Source of the DNA: Dehalococcoidia bacterium
GTDB taxonomy: Bacteria > Chloroflexota > Dehalococcoidia > GIF9 > UBA5629
Assembly: GCA_034436215.1 (NCBI GenBank)
Contig: DAOTVU010000003.1
Coordinates: 1-32,000 of the forward strand
Direction: 5' to 3'
Length of the DNA: 32,000 bases
Positions 9,641 to 18,509 of this stretch are shown one piece after another. The translations under genes and the position numbers were made by a program. A model generated the notes under the pieces. That model was given only the letters and a program-made list of their open reading frames with translations, did not search any database and was not told the DNA's origin. Numbering within the stretch: the first letter of the stretch is position 1; each line of letters starts with the position of its first letter.

Positions 9641-9679
9641 CTGAAAAAAACTTTTTAGCAGAAGAGACGGTTATTTAAC

Positions 9680-9708
9680 TTACGCTAACATCGATATTCT
9701 GTTATAAT
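9680..9708 (+). promoter_or_regulatory. extended -10 promoter candidate for the Lrp-aminotransferase pair
   Basis: TGTTATAAT at 9700-9708 with a poor -35 (TTACGC, 9680-9685, 17-nt spacer). It lies 38 nt upstream of the ATG at 9746. Confidence 0.35.
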
Positions 9709-9745
9709 TGCTTTATATTTAAATACAGGCTGTGTGAGGTAGGCC

Positions 9746-10234
9746 ATGGAAAGTACAATTAAAATCCTTGAAGCATTGGAAAAAGACGCCCGGCTAACGC
9801 CGGAGCAAATTTCGAATATGACGGGGATACCTGTAAATCAGGTAAAAAAAGTGATTAAAAAGGCTGAAAAAGACGGGACTATTATCAAGTATAAAACAGT
9901 AATTAACTGGTCAAAACTGGGCGAAGAGCAGGTTTGGGCTATAGTGGAAGTTAAAGTTTCCCCCCAGAAAAATGTCGGTTTCGGCGCTATAGCCGAGAGA
10001 ATCTACAACTTCCCGCAGGCTAAAGCCGTTTACCTTGCTTCAGGTACTTTCGACTTCGCTATTCTGGTGGCCGGTAAAACAATGCATGATATAGCCGTTT
10101 TTGTATCTGAAAAACTGGCACCCATGGACACTGTACAGGGTACTGTTACCCATTTTGTACTGAAAAAATACAAGGAAGACGGTGTCATCCTTGAGGAAGA
10201 AGGAGAACCGAAAAGGCTAGGGGTCGTAGTATAA
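9746..10234 (+). CDS. Lrp/AsnC-family transcriptional regulator
   Basis: 162 aa. N-terminal HTH (ILEALEKDARLTPEQISNMTGIPVNQVKKVIKKAEKDG) plus a C-terminal RAM/AsnC-type ligand domain. GAGG lies 7 nt before the ATG. Confidence 0.85.
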   Translation: MESTIKILEALEKDARLTPEQISNMTGIPVNQVKKVIKKAEKDGTIIKYKTVINWSKLGEEQVWAIVEVKVSPQKNVGFGAIAERIYNFPQAKAVYLASGTFDFAILVAGKTMHDIAVFVSEKLAPMDTVQGTVTHFVLKKYKEDGVILEEEGEPKRLGVVV

Positions 10235-10278
10235 ATCAGATCGATAAATCCGGTCTTTGATCCCTGAGGAGGCCTAAC

Positions 10279-11478
10279 TTGTCATATCAATTAAAGCACA
10301 GTAAGAAAAAAAATACTTACATTTCGCAGAAAGTAAGTGAAATATCGCCTTCAGGAATCCGAAAATATTTCGACCTTCTCTCCGCTATGGATGGTGCCAT
10401 CTCACTCGGCGTTGGCGAACCGGACTTCGTAACACCATGGCCGATACGCGAAGCAGGGATAAAAGCAATTGAAAAAGGCTTCACCATGTACACTTCCAAC
10501 AGAGGCATCCTCGAACTTAGGGAATCGATATCGAAATACCTGAAAAGGCTGTATGGCGTCGAATATGACCCTCATAGCGAAATACTGATTACCACGGGTA
10601 GCAGTGAGGCTCTTGACCTCGCTTTTAGAGCTATAATCGACCCCGGAGATGAGGTAATAATGACCGATCCCCATTACGTAGCCTATCCGGTATGTGTGTC
10701 GCTGGCCGGCGGTATCCCTGTTACCGTTCCAACATATGAAAAAAATAATTTTGAGGTAATGCCAGCAGATATCAAGAAGAAACTCAGCCCTAAAACCAAA
10801 GCTATACTTATCAGCTATCCCTCCAATCCGACAGGTGCAGTTATGCCGCGTGAATTACTGCTGGATATCGCTGAAATCGCTGTCAAACATGATTTAATTA
10901 TTGTATCTGATGAAATTTATGCCCGGTTGGTGTACAACGGTGAACATGTATGTATGGCTTCCTTACCAGGAGTAAGGGATAGGGTTATACTTATCCGTGG
11001 TTTTTCCAAAGCCTTTGCTATGACCGGCTGGCGGATTGGGTATGCAGCTGCTAATCCCGGTTTGATCGAAGCCATGCTTAAAATCCACCAGTACACTATG
11101 ATGTGCGCACCGATTATGGGACAGATGGCCGCAGTGGAGGCACTCAAAGAAACCAACAACCAGGATGTCGAAGATATGCTGGCAGAATACGACCGACGTC
11201 GGCATGTTATTGTTAAAGGATTTCGCGAGCTTGGTCTTTCATGTTTTGAACCTAAGGGCGCTTTCTATGCTTTTCCATCAATAAAGTCAACAGGTATGAG
11301 CTCCGAGGAATTTGCCGAAAGGCTTTTAAAAGAAGAGAAAGTAGCAGTTGTGCCGGGTTCGGTATTCGGCAAGTACGGCGAAGGCTATGTCCGTTGCTGC
11401 TACGCCACTTCTATGGACGACATTGAGGAAGCATTGAAACGGATAGAGAGATTTCTCAATCGACACCGCAAAAAATAA
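10279..11478 (+). CDS. class I/II pyridoxal-phosphate aminotransferase (AspC/AlaT-like)
   Basis: 399 aa with PLP-lysine context SKAFAMTGWRIGY, NPTG and GEPDF motifs. TTG start with GAGGAGG 6 nt upstream. The gene lies 44 nt after the Lrp gene. Confidence 0.88.
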   Translation: MSYQLKHSKKKNTYISQKVSEISPSGIRKYFDLLSAMDGAISLGVGEPDFVTPWPIREAGIKAIEKGFTMYTSNRGILELRESISKYLKRLYGVEYDPHSEILITTGSSEALDLAFRAIIDPGDEVIMTDPHYVAYPVCVSLAGGIPVTVPTYEKNNFEVMPADIKKKLSPKTKAILISYPSNPTGAVMPRELLLDIAEIAVKHDLIIVSDEIYARLVYNGEHVCMASLPGVRDRVILIRGFSKAFAMTGWRIGYAAANPGLIEAMLKIHQYTMMCAPIMGQMAAVEALKETNNQDVEDMLAEYDRRRHVIVKGFRELGLSCFEPKGAFYAFPSIKSTGMSSEEFAERLLKEEKVAVVPGSVFGKYGEGYVRCCYATSMDDIEEALKRIERFLNRHRKK

Positions 11479-11481
11479 TCG

Positions 11482-12294
11482 CTATTTTTTAGCGAGCCAT
11501 TCCGTAAATTTTTGTAAAAGATCCTTATTGGCCGCTATTATCTCTCTATCATTTATATTTGCATTTGCACCGGTGAAATTGTTAATTTCACCACCGGATT
11601 CTCTAACAAGCAGTAAACCACTGGCTATATCCCAGGGATAAATATATTTATGAAAATATAGCCCCAGGCGGCCACAGGATACATATGCTAAACCAAGTGC
11701 CGACGAACCCATCAATCGTAAACAATGTACCTGTGTCCAGAGTGAAACTACGATATCTAATAATTCCTTACTCCGATCGGGGACGTAACCAAGATCGACG
11801 CCGACAGATATTTCTGCCAGGCTGTCAATGTGAGTTACACTGCATTTTTTTCCATTTAAATATGTCCCCTGACCCTTTACAGCATAGAACATTTCATTTC
11901 GTACTGGGTCATAGGTTACACCCAGGATGACCTCTTCTTTTTTAGCAAGTGCTATGTTTATACAGAAAAACGGTATGCCAAAATGAAAATTGTTAGTACC
12001 ATCGAGTGGATCAATAATCCAATTATATTCACCTTGAATACCACTTGCCCCGGCTTCTTCAGAAAGAATACTGTGTTCTGGGAATTCTTCTTTAAGTATT
12101 TGTAAGATTTTAGCTTCGGATTTTAAATCTGCTTCTGTAACCAGATTTCTGCGGCCTTTTATTTGGACTCTATTCATCTTCCCGAATCTGGCTTGGAGGA
12201 TTTTACCTGCCTTCACTACTGCATATTGTGCAACTTCAACTGCTGATTTCCCATGGATTGATTCAGGAAGATAGGAGCCATGGCTTTCAGGCAT
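11482..12294 (-). CDS. inositol monophosphatase-family phosphatase (SuhB/IMPase/FBPase-like)
   Basis: Motifs EEAG and WIIDPLDGTNNF. I chose the ATG at 12294 (MPESHGS...), which overlaps the trpS stop as ATGCCTGA. The track ORF extended to 12414 would overlap 128 nt of trpS in another frame. Confidence 0.8.
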   Translation of the reverse strand: MPESHGSYLPESIHGKSAVEVAQYAVVKAGKILQARFGKMNRVQIKGRRNLVTEADLKSEAKILQILKEEFPEHSILSEEAGASGIQGEYNWIIDPLDGTNNFHFGIPFFCINIALAKKEEVILGVTYDPVRNEMFYAVKGQGTYLNGKKCSVTHIDSLAEISVGVDLGYVPDRSKELLDIVVSLWTQVHCLRLMGSSALGLAYVSCGRLGLYFHKYIYPWDIASGLLLVRESGGEINNFTGANANINDREIIAANKDLLQKFTEWLAKK

Positions 12295-13276
12295 TTTTAA
12301 GTAAACCCATTTTGTGCTTAACCTCATCGATCGTTTGTTCGGCAATCGAATGTGCTCTTTGTGCACCGGTTTCCAGTATGGAATATATACGATCGGGATA
12401 TCTTTCAAATTCAATCCTGCGTTCGCGAAAATCTCTTAATGCTCCGTTAATACCTCTGGCCAGAAGTTCTTTGCATTCTACACAGCCGATTTTAGCCGAT
12501 TTACACTTCTCTGCAATTTCAGCAATCAGGTTTCCATTAAAAAATTTATGGAGGCTGTACACATTACACACATCCGGATGCCCCTGATCGTGTCTGCGCT
12601 GTCTTGCCGGATCTGTAACAGCTGTCATCACCCGTGACAGGGTCTCTTCAGGAGTGGCAGCAAGTTCTATATGATTATCATAAGACTTACCCATTTTTTG
12701 AGCACCATCGAGGCCAATAACCAACGGATAATTCGTCAGTTTGGCCCGCGGCTCAGGAAAAGTCTCCCCAAATATGTTATTAAATCGCCTGACAATCTCT
12801 CTGGTCATTTCAAGATGTGGTAATTGATCTTCACCAACAGGAACAACGTTCGTTTTATACAACATAATATCAGCCGCCATTAAAACCGGATATCCCACCA
12901 GGCCGTAATTCACATTATGTGGTTGCATTCTGACCTTCTCTTTAAATGTCGGTACCCTCAATAGCCACCCCAGTGGTGTAAGCATACCCAGATAGGTGAA
13001 TAACTCGGTAACTTCTGGCACGTGCGATTGCACAAAAACTATCGATTTTTCAGGGTCTATTCCTGCCGCCAGCCAGTCGAGCGTCATCTCAAAGATATTT
13101 TTTTGCAGTTCGGCAGTGCTCTCTATTGTAGTGAGCGCGTGAATATCGACTATGCAGTATATGCAGTCGAATTTATCCTGCAGTCTGACGTAATTTTGAA
13201 TTGCGCCTATATAGTTTCCTATATGCTGTCTGCCCGTAGGACGTGCGCCGGAAAAAACTCTCTGCCGCATAATCAA
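12287..13276 (-). CDS. trpS: tryptophan--tRNA ligase
   Basis: HIGH-type motif (PTGRQHIGNY), KMSKS-type motif (QKMGKS) and overall TrpRS layout. The track start is a TTG at 13276. The ATG at 13270 (MRQRVFSGARPTG...) is an equally or more likely start. Confidence 0.92.
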   Translation of the reverse strand: MIMRQRVFSGARPTGRQHIGNYIGAIQNYVRLQDKFDCIYCIVDIHALTTIESTAELQKNIFEMTLDWLAAGIDPEKSIVFVQSHVPEVTELFTYLGMLTPLGWLLRVPTFKEKVRMQPHNVNYGLVGYPVLMAADIMLYKTNVVPVGEDQLPHLEMTREIVRRFNNIFGETFPEPRAKLTNYPLVIGLDGAQKMGKSYDNHIELAATPEETLSRVMTAVTDPARQRRHDQGHPDVCNVYSLHKFFNGNLIAEIAEKCKSAKIGCVECKELLARGINGALRDFRERRIEFERYPDRIYSILETGAQRAHSIAEQTIDEVKHKMGLLKNA

Positions 13277-13330
13277 GAGTAGAAGTTTAACACAAAAATA
13301 TTGCGAGCTTCAAATATTTATTTAATATGG

Positions 13331-14989
13331 TTACATACTTTCGGGTGCCGTCATCCCCATCAAATGCAATGTGCGGGCAAGCACAATCCTCGCTGCTTTA
13401 ACCAGCTTCAATCTGGCTCTGGTTAAATTCTGATCGCTGGATATAACCCTGCACTGCTTGTAAAAAGCATGGAACACCGTAGCAAGTTCCTGAGCATAAA
13501 AAGTAAGATGGTGTGGCTCATATGTTGTAGCAACTATCTCCACTATTTCAGGTAATTTTGCCATTTGACGTATGAGAGTTAATTCCGGCTCCGATATTAA
13601 TAAGTTCACATCCCCGATATTGAAATCAATACCTTTATCCTCTGCATTTCTCAATATGCTACATATACGGGCATGAGCATACTGAACATAGTATACCGGG
13701 TTATCAGCCGATTGCTTGATAGCCAGCTCAAGATCGAAATCCATTTGACTGTCCGCTGAACGGGAAAGAAAAACGAAACGGCATGCATCTGAGCCGACTT
13801 CTTCCAGCAATTCACGCAGTGTTATTATATCTCCGCTTCTTTTAGAGACTTTTACTATTTCCTGACCCCGCCTTAAAGTCACAAGCTGGCAGATTATTAT
13901 CTTCAGCCTGTTTGGATCTATGCCGAGCGCAGTCAATACCGCCTTCATACGTGCAACATGTCCTTGATGATCAGATCCCCATATATCGATAACCTCATCA
14001 AACTTCCTTTCTACAAACTTGTTATAGTGATAGGCTATATCAGAGGCAAAATAGGTGGGAGTGCCATCTGAACGGATCAAAACATTATCCCTGTCATCAC
14101 CTAATATAGAAGAAATGAACCATGTCGCATTTTCCTTCTCTGTAACAAACCCACCCTCGCGTAATAACCCCATCGTATATTCAAATTGACCCCTGTCAAA
14201 TAATTCTTTCTCACTGAACCATACATCAAAGCTAATGCCCAGCGCCTTTAAATCCCTCTTTATCCATTCCATTACCCTTTCAATACCCAGTTTACCAATT
14301 GCTAAAATAGCCTCGTCTTCATCCATAAGCAGATACTTATCACCGTACTCAGTAGCTATCTGGTGAGCCAAATCCACCATATAGTTGCCATGATAACCAT
14401 TGGCAGGGAGTTCCGCCTCTTTTCCCATGCATTGCAAATAGCGTGCATATAAAGTCCGATGAAACGCTTCAAGCTGACTTCCAGCGTCATTGATATAGTA
14501 TTCGGTCGTTACTCTATACCCTGCGGCTTTCAATATATTTGCCAGCGTACTTCCCAGAACAGCTCCTCTACCATGGCCCACGTGAAGTGGTCCTGTCGGA
14601 TTTCCACTGACAAATTCTATTTGAATTGACTTATCTCCCAGCTTTATATTGCCGTATGTCTCATCCACATCGCAAATAAAATCAACCAATCCGGTCAGCC
14701 AATTTCTGCTAACAGTAAAATTAATGAACCCCGGAGCGGCAACCTCAATTTTTTCAACGTCTTCTAAAGGCGGTAGATTTTTTACTATTTCATTCGCTAT
14801 ATCTATTGGCTTCAAACCGGTTAAGCGTGCCAGCTTAAGTGGTAAACTGCTGGCATAATCACCATATTCGGGTCTGGCAGGCCTTTCTATAGTAATCTCG
14901 GGCAAACTTACATTGCCAACAAGTCGTTGTACACCCGCCTCTTGCGCTGCCTGGCACAATGCTTCAGACAGTCTATTTTTAAATGACAT
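13331..14989 (-). CDS. argS: arginine--tRNA ligase
   Basis: 552 aa with [14 protein letters not shown] (HIGH motif) and a C-terminal DALR-type anticodon-binding region. AGAGG lies upstream of the ATG. Confidence 0.92.
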   Translation of the reverse strand: MSFKNRLSEALCQAAQEAGVQRLVGNVSLPEITIERPARPEYGDYASSLPLKLARLTGLKPIDIANEIVKNLPPLEDVEKIEVAAPGFINFTVSRNWLTGLVDFICDVDETYGNIKLGDKSIQIEFVSGNPTGPLHVGHGRGAVLGSTLANILKAAGYRVTTEYYINDAGSQLEAFHRTLYARYLQCMGKEAELPANGYHGNYMVDLAHQIATEYGDKYLLMDEDEAILAIGKLGIERVMEWIKRDLKALGISFDVWFSEKELFDRGQFEYTMGLLREGGFVTEKENATWFISSILGDDRDNVLIRSDGTPTYFASDIAYHYNKFVERKFDEVIDIWGSDHQGHVARMKAVLTALGIDPNRLKIIICQLVTLRRGQEIVKVSKRSGDIITLRELLEEVGSDACRFVFLSRSADSQMDFDLELAIKQSADNPVYYVQYAHARICSILRNAEDKGIDFNIGDVNLLISEPELTLIRQMAKLPEIVEIVATTYEPHHLTFYAQELATVFHAFYKQCRVISSDQNLTRARLKLVKAARIVLARTLHLMGMTAPESM

Positions 14990-15055
14990 GACTAACCTCT
15001 TTCATATTGCATTAATTTCAAAGTCACATAACATTATACGCCAGAAGCTATCATT

Positions 15056-17515
15056 TTAATTGTTTTCTATGTTTTTTCGCCAGACTCTTTTGAATTCCAT
15101 AGCCAGAAATTTATGTTCAGGCAGACTCAGATCGGGGTCATATTGAAACAACTTTATCGCTTCTCGACGAGCTTTCTCCAGCAATATTGTATCTGTCAGG
15201 CGTGCCATCTTTAAATCTGGCATTCCACTCTGTCTCGTACCGAAAAATTCTCCGGGACCTCTTAACTGTAAGTCTTTTTCAGCCAGCAAAAAACCATTAT
15301 CAATCTCTTCAATGGCCTTTAATCTTTCCTGTCCATACGCAGTTGGGTTTTCGGCAAGCAGCAAACAATAACTCTGTTTTTCACCCCGTCCTACCCTTCC
15401 TCTAAACTGATGAAGCTGGGACAATCCAAAGCGATCTGCACCTTCAACTAACATTACAGTTGCATTGGGAACGTCTATACCAACTTCAACAACTGCGGTT
15501 GAAATCAAAATATCAAGCTTTCCTTCTTTGAACGCGTGCATGACAGATTCCTTTTCAGTACCTTTCATTTTTCCATGCAACAAGCCCAACTTCAACTCGG
15601 GAAATACTTCTCGGGAAAGCCTTTCATATTCCTCGGTTGCAGCCCTTACTTCAAGATTTTCCGACTCTTCAATCAAAGGGCAAATAATAAATGCCTGGGA
15701 TCCCTGATTTATCTGTCTGCGAATGAAATTATATGCAATATCCCTGTCAGTTGATTTCAGCCACCGTGTCTTAATTCTCTGTCGTCCGGGGGGCAATTCG
15801 TTAATTGTGGAGATATCCAGATCACCGTACAATGTTAAAGCCAGAGTGCGTGGAATAGGCGTCGCTGTCATAACTAACAAGTGGGGATTATATCCTTTCT
15901 GCCGTAATGACTGTCGCTGCAATACACCAAAACGATGCTGTTCATCTATAACCACCAGCCCAAGATTTTTGAAATTGACCTGTTTCTGTATCAATGCGTG
16001 TGTCCCCACTGTAATATCAATCGATCCCGCTTTTATTCGTCGTTGCGTCTCCGATTTCTCCATCCCGGACAGGCTTCCGGTTAATAAGGCAATTTCTAAA
16101 TCCGGCACCAGACCATTATTAAACTTGAAAGAACATACATTTCCTAGACGCTGGCAGGATATGCTAACAGCCGAAAGTAACTTATATAATGTCATAAAAT
16201 GCTGTTCTGCCAAAATCTCTGTCGGTGCCATCAGAACGCCCTGATATTTGTTGTTAACCGCAATCAACAACGCCATTGTTGCCACAACTGTCTTGCCGCT
16301 ACCCACATCTCCCTGCAGTAACCTCGACATAGGTACGGGTCTGTTCAGATCGGAACAAATTTCATCGATTACCTTTCTTTGTGAACCGGTCAATTCAAAT
16401 GGCAGGGAACAGATAAATCTTTCTAAAGATGCCCGATTTATATCGAATTTGTGCCCCGGCTGTTCATTCTGCCATTCGTGTTTTTTCACCAGCACGCCGA
16501 GCTGTAACATAAATAATTCGTCAAATGCTAACCTCTGTCTTGCGCGATTATGCTGGCTGGTATCATCCGGGTAATGTGCTTGATGTAATGCATTTGACAG
16601 ACACATTAAACCGCAGGCCCGACGTACAGTCTCCGGAAGAAAATCGGATATGTCATCAACGTATGTGTCAAGAGCATTTTTAATGAGTGAGCGCAACTGC
16701 CGTGGAAACAATCCCCTGGTAAGTTGATATACCGGCACCATCCTCCCGGTATGAACAAGCTCCTTCTCTTGGATAATTTCCCACTCGGGATTTTCAAATA
16801 CTTTGGCATTCCTGAACTCGCCCACTCTTCCGCTCAAAGCTATACGCATATTAGTTTTTAGTTGCTGTGCAATCCACGGCTGATTAAACCATACGGCTCT
16901 AATATTACCGGTATCATCTCCCAAAATAGCTTCGGTACTTTTCATCTTACCCAACAGGACGGTTCTTGCTTCCCAGACAGTTACGAAGACCGTCTGTTCG
17001 ATACCTGCCTCAAGTGAAGCCACATTGGATAACCTGCTGAAATCCATAAATCGTCGTGGAAAATAATATATTAAATCCCTAATCGTATTTATGCCCAATC
17101 TGGATATTTTCTTTGCGGTACTTTCTCCCACGCCTTTCAGCGTTTGCACAGGGCTATCTATTGACTTTCTAATTGGTTCTTTCTTACTATCATCCACTCG
17201 ATCAATTGAAGAGTCTCCAGCCTCAACTACAGGCTCGACTGAAACAGAAGACCGCCCTGTTTCTTCATTGAGTAATTTCAGCAGCTGCTTTGACCACAGC
17301 TCTCTTTCAGCAACTGTTTTTTTAGCGTATGGAGACTCAGTGATTAAATATCTGATATGCGAGGGGATAGTAGACTGAAGGTTTTCATCCAACCACCGTA
17401 TAAGGAATTTATCAAGCCCGCCTATAACTGCCTTATTATTGTAACCGTTTTTCGCCTCCAAATTAAGTATTGTAAGAAAAGCCGTAAAGTTTTGAGGTTT
17501 ATTATCATCGATCAT
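15056..17515 (-). CDS. recG: ATP-dependent DNA helicase RecG, with an N-terminal extension
   Basis: 819 aa with Walker A GDVGSGKT, DEQHRFG, the TATPIPRT motif, and a wedge-domain entry LKGVGESTAKKISRLGINTIRDLIYYFPRRF that begins only around residue 125. Confidence 0.9.
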   Translation of the reverse strand: MIDDNKPQNFTAFLTILNLEAKNGYNNKAVIGGLDKFLIRWLDENLQSTIPSHIRYLITESPYAKKTVAERELWSKQLLKLLNEETGRSSVSVEPVVEAGDSSIDRVDDSKKEPIRKSIDSPVQTLKGVGESTAKKISRLGINTIRDLIYYFPRRFMDFSRLSNVASLEAGIEQTVFVTVWEARTVLLGKMKSTEAILGDDTGNIRAVWFNQPWIAQQLKTNMRIALSGRVGEFRNAKVFENPEWEIIQEKELVHTGRMVPVYQLTRGLFPRQLRSLIKNALDTYVDDISDFLPETVRRACGLMCLSNALHQAHYPDDTSQHNRARQRLAFDELFMLQLGVLVKKHEWQNEQPGHKFDINRASLERFICSLPFELTGSQRKVIDEICSDLNRPVPMSRLLQGDVGSGKTVVATMALLIAVNNKYQGVLMAPTEILAEQHFMTLYKLLSAVSISCQRLGNVCSFKFNNGLVPDLEIALLTGSLSGMEKSETQRRIKAGSIDITVGTHALIQKQVNFKNLGLVVIDEQHRFGVLQRQSLRQKGYNPHLLVMTATPIPRTLALTLYGDLDISTINELPPGRQRIKTRWLKSTDRDIAYNFIRRQINQGSQAFIICPLIEESENLEVRAATEEYERLSREVFPELKLGLLHGKMKGTEKESVMHAFKEGKLDILISTAVVEVGIDVPNATVMLVEGADRFGLSQLHQFRGRVGRGEKQSYCLLLAENPTAYGQERLKAIEEIDNGFLLAEKDLQLRGPGEFFGTRQSGMPDLKMARLTDTILLEKARREAIKLFQYDPDLSLPEHKFLAMEFKRVWRKNIENN

Positions 17516-17518
17516 AAA

Positions 17519-18505
17519 TCATGATAATGCAGGCCCGAATTTATATCCGAATGGTCGCAGTGAATCTCTCTGTATTTTTTGGGAAATATTTTCTTTTATT
17601 TCCTGTAACGACGGTAAACTGGATAAGATCTTTTTATGCTTACCCTCGATGTCCGATGTGGATTCTATATTCTGTTGGACCGCTACTAGAAACGTACCGG
17701 GGCCACCATGCACACCGAGAGCAGGACCCAACTTGGCGATAGTGGGTTTAATTTCAGGAATAATTGTTTTCAGCCGGTCAACAAATGATTTTACTTCATC
17801 TTCACTTGAACTGTGTGATATGGCTACTTCTTTGATATTTACGCACGATTTCACCAGATCAAAAATACGCTCAATGCCATTAGTACGAGTACGCACAGCC
17901 CCAAAGGGCTCTACCATTCCGTCTTTAATTGTGAGCAGTGGCTTCAAAGGCAACACAGATCCCAGCAGTGTTCCTAACTTACCCAATCTCCCCCCTCTGG
18001 CAACATATTTCAGCGTATCCAGAAGACCAAAAACCTTAATTGTGGGGATAATACCAGCGATCTGCTCAAGTATACTGGGCAGATTTTGTCCTTCTTTAGC
18101 TGCTTTCGCAGCATGAATGGCCAGTAAACCCATACCCATTGTGGCCAATTTTGAATCAACAACCTCAACTTTATCCTTTCCTTCTTCAAGCATATCACGG
18201 CCGCGACAGGCAGCATTGTATGTAGCACTGACTTTGCTGGAAATGTGAATCGATATTATACCATCACTATCTTTATGCAACCGGCGATATGTCTCGGCAA
18301 AATCATAAGGTGCAGCCGTAGAGGTAGTGGGTATTACGGAATCATGATCCAGCATTCTAAAAAATTGCTCTGGAACTATATCCACACCATCACGAAAAGT
18401 TTTAGATCCAAACTGTACATAGAGGGGCACTATAGTTATGTCAAAAGCTTTAGCTATTTCTGCAGGTATGTCACCAGCGCTGTCAGTTACAATTTTTACA
18501 GTCAT
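17519..18505 (-). CDS. DegV-family fatty-acid-binding protein (FakB-like), with C-terminal tail
   Basis: 328 aa with N-terminus MTVKIVTDSAGDIP and DegV-typical layout. About 45 extra C-terminal residues. AAGGA lies upstream of the ATG, inside the preceding gene. Confidence 0.85.
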   Translation of the reverse strand: MTVKIVTDSAGDIPAEIAKAFDITIVPLYVQFGSKTFRDGVDIVPEQFFRMLDHDSVIPTTSTAAPYDFAETYRRLHKDSDGIISIHISSKVSATYNAACRGRDMLEEGKDKVEVVDSKLATMGMGLLAIHAAKAAKEGQNLPSILEQIAGIIPTIKVFGLLDTLKYVARGGRLGKLGTLLGSVLPLKPLLTIKDGMVEPFGAVRTRTNGIERIFDLVKSCVNIKEVAISHSSSEDEVKSFVDRLKTIIPEIKPTIAKLGPALGVHGGPGTFLVAVQQNIESTSDIEGKHKKILSSLPSLQEIKENISQKIQRDSLRPFGYKFGPALS

Positions 18506-18509
18506 TCTA

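Noticed and set aside
9641-9665. A/T-rich quasi-palindrome CTGAAAAAAACTTTTTAGCAG after gatA as a terminator
   Set aside because: The arms are imperfect and almost all A/T, with no GC stem. I cannot support it as an intrinsic terminator.
12295-12414. 40-codon N-terminal extension of the IMPase-family ORF (track start 12414)
   Set aside because: It would overlap 128 nt of the trpS C-terminus in another frame. The extension (MNLKDIPIVYIPYWKPVHKEHIRLPNKRSMRLSTKWVYLK) has no IMPase-like features. The ATG at 12294 gives a standard ATGCCTGA stop/start overlap.
13277-13330. Possible T-box leader upstream of trpS (and of argS at 14990-15055)
   Set aside because: The spacers are only 54 and 66 nt, far too short for a T-box riboswitch of about 200 nt or more. 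I found no T-box consensus or terminator/antiterminator pair.
15723-16244. 173-aa plus-strand ORF inside recG. Similar long antisense ORFs occur at 4021-4383, 5967-6365, 12228-12587, 16248-16574, 17649-18116, 22396-22791 and 24963-25448.
   Set aside because: All lie antisense to genes with strong family motifs. Their translations are Cys/Ser/Arg/Pro-rich or otherwise low-complexity. They lack Shine-Dalgarno signals and have no recognisable domains. They are typical stop-poor antisense frames.
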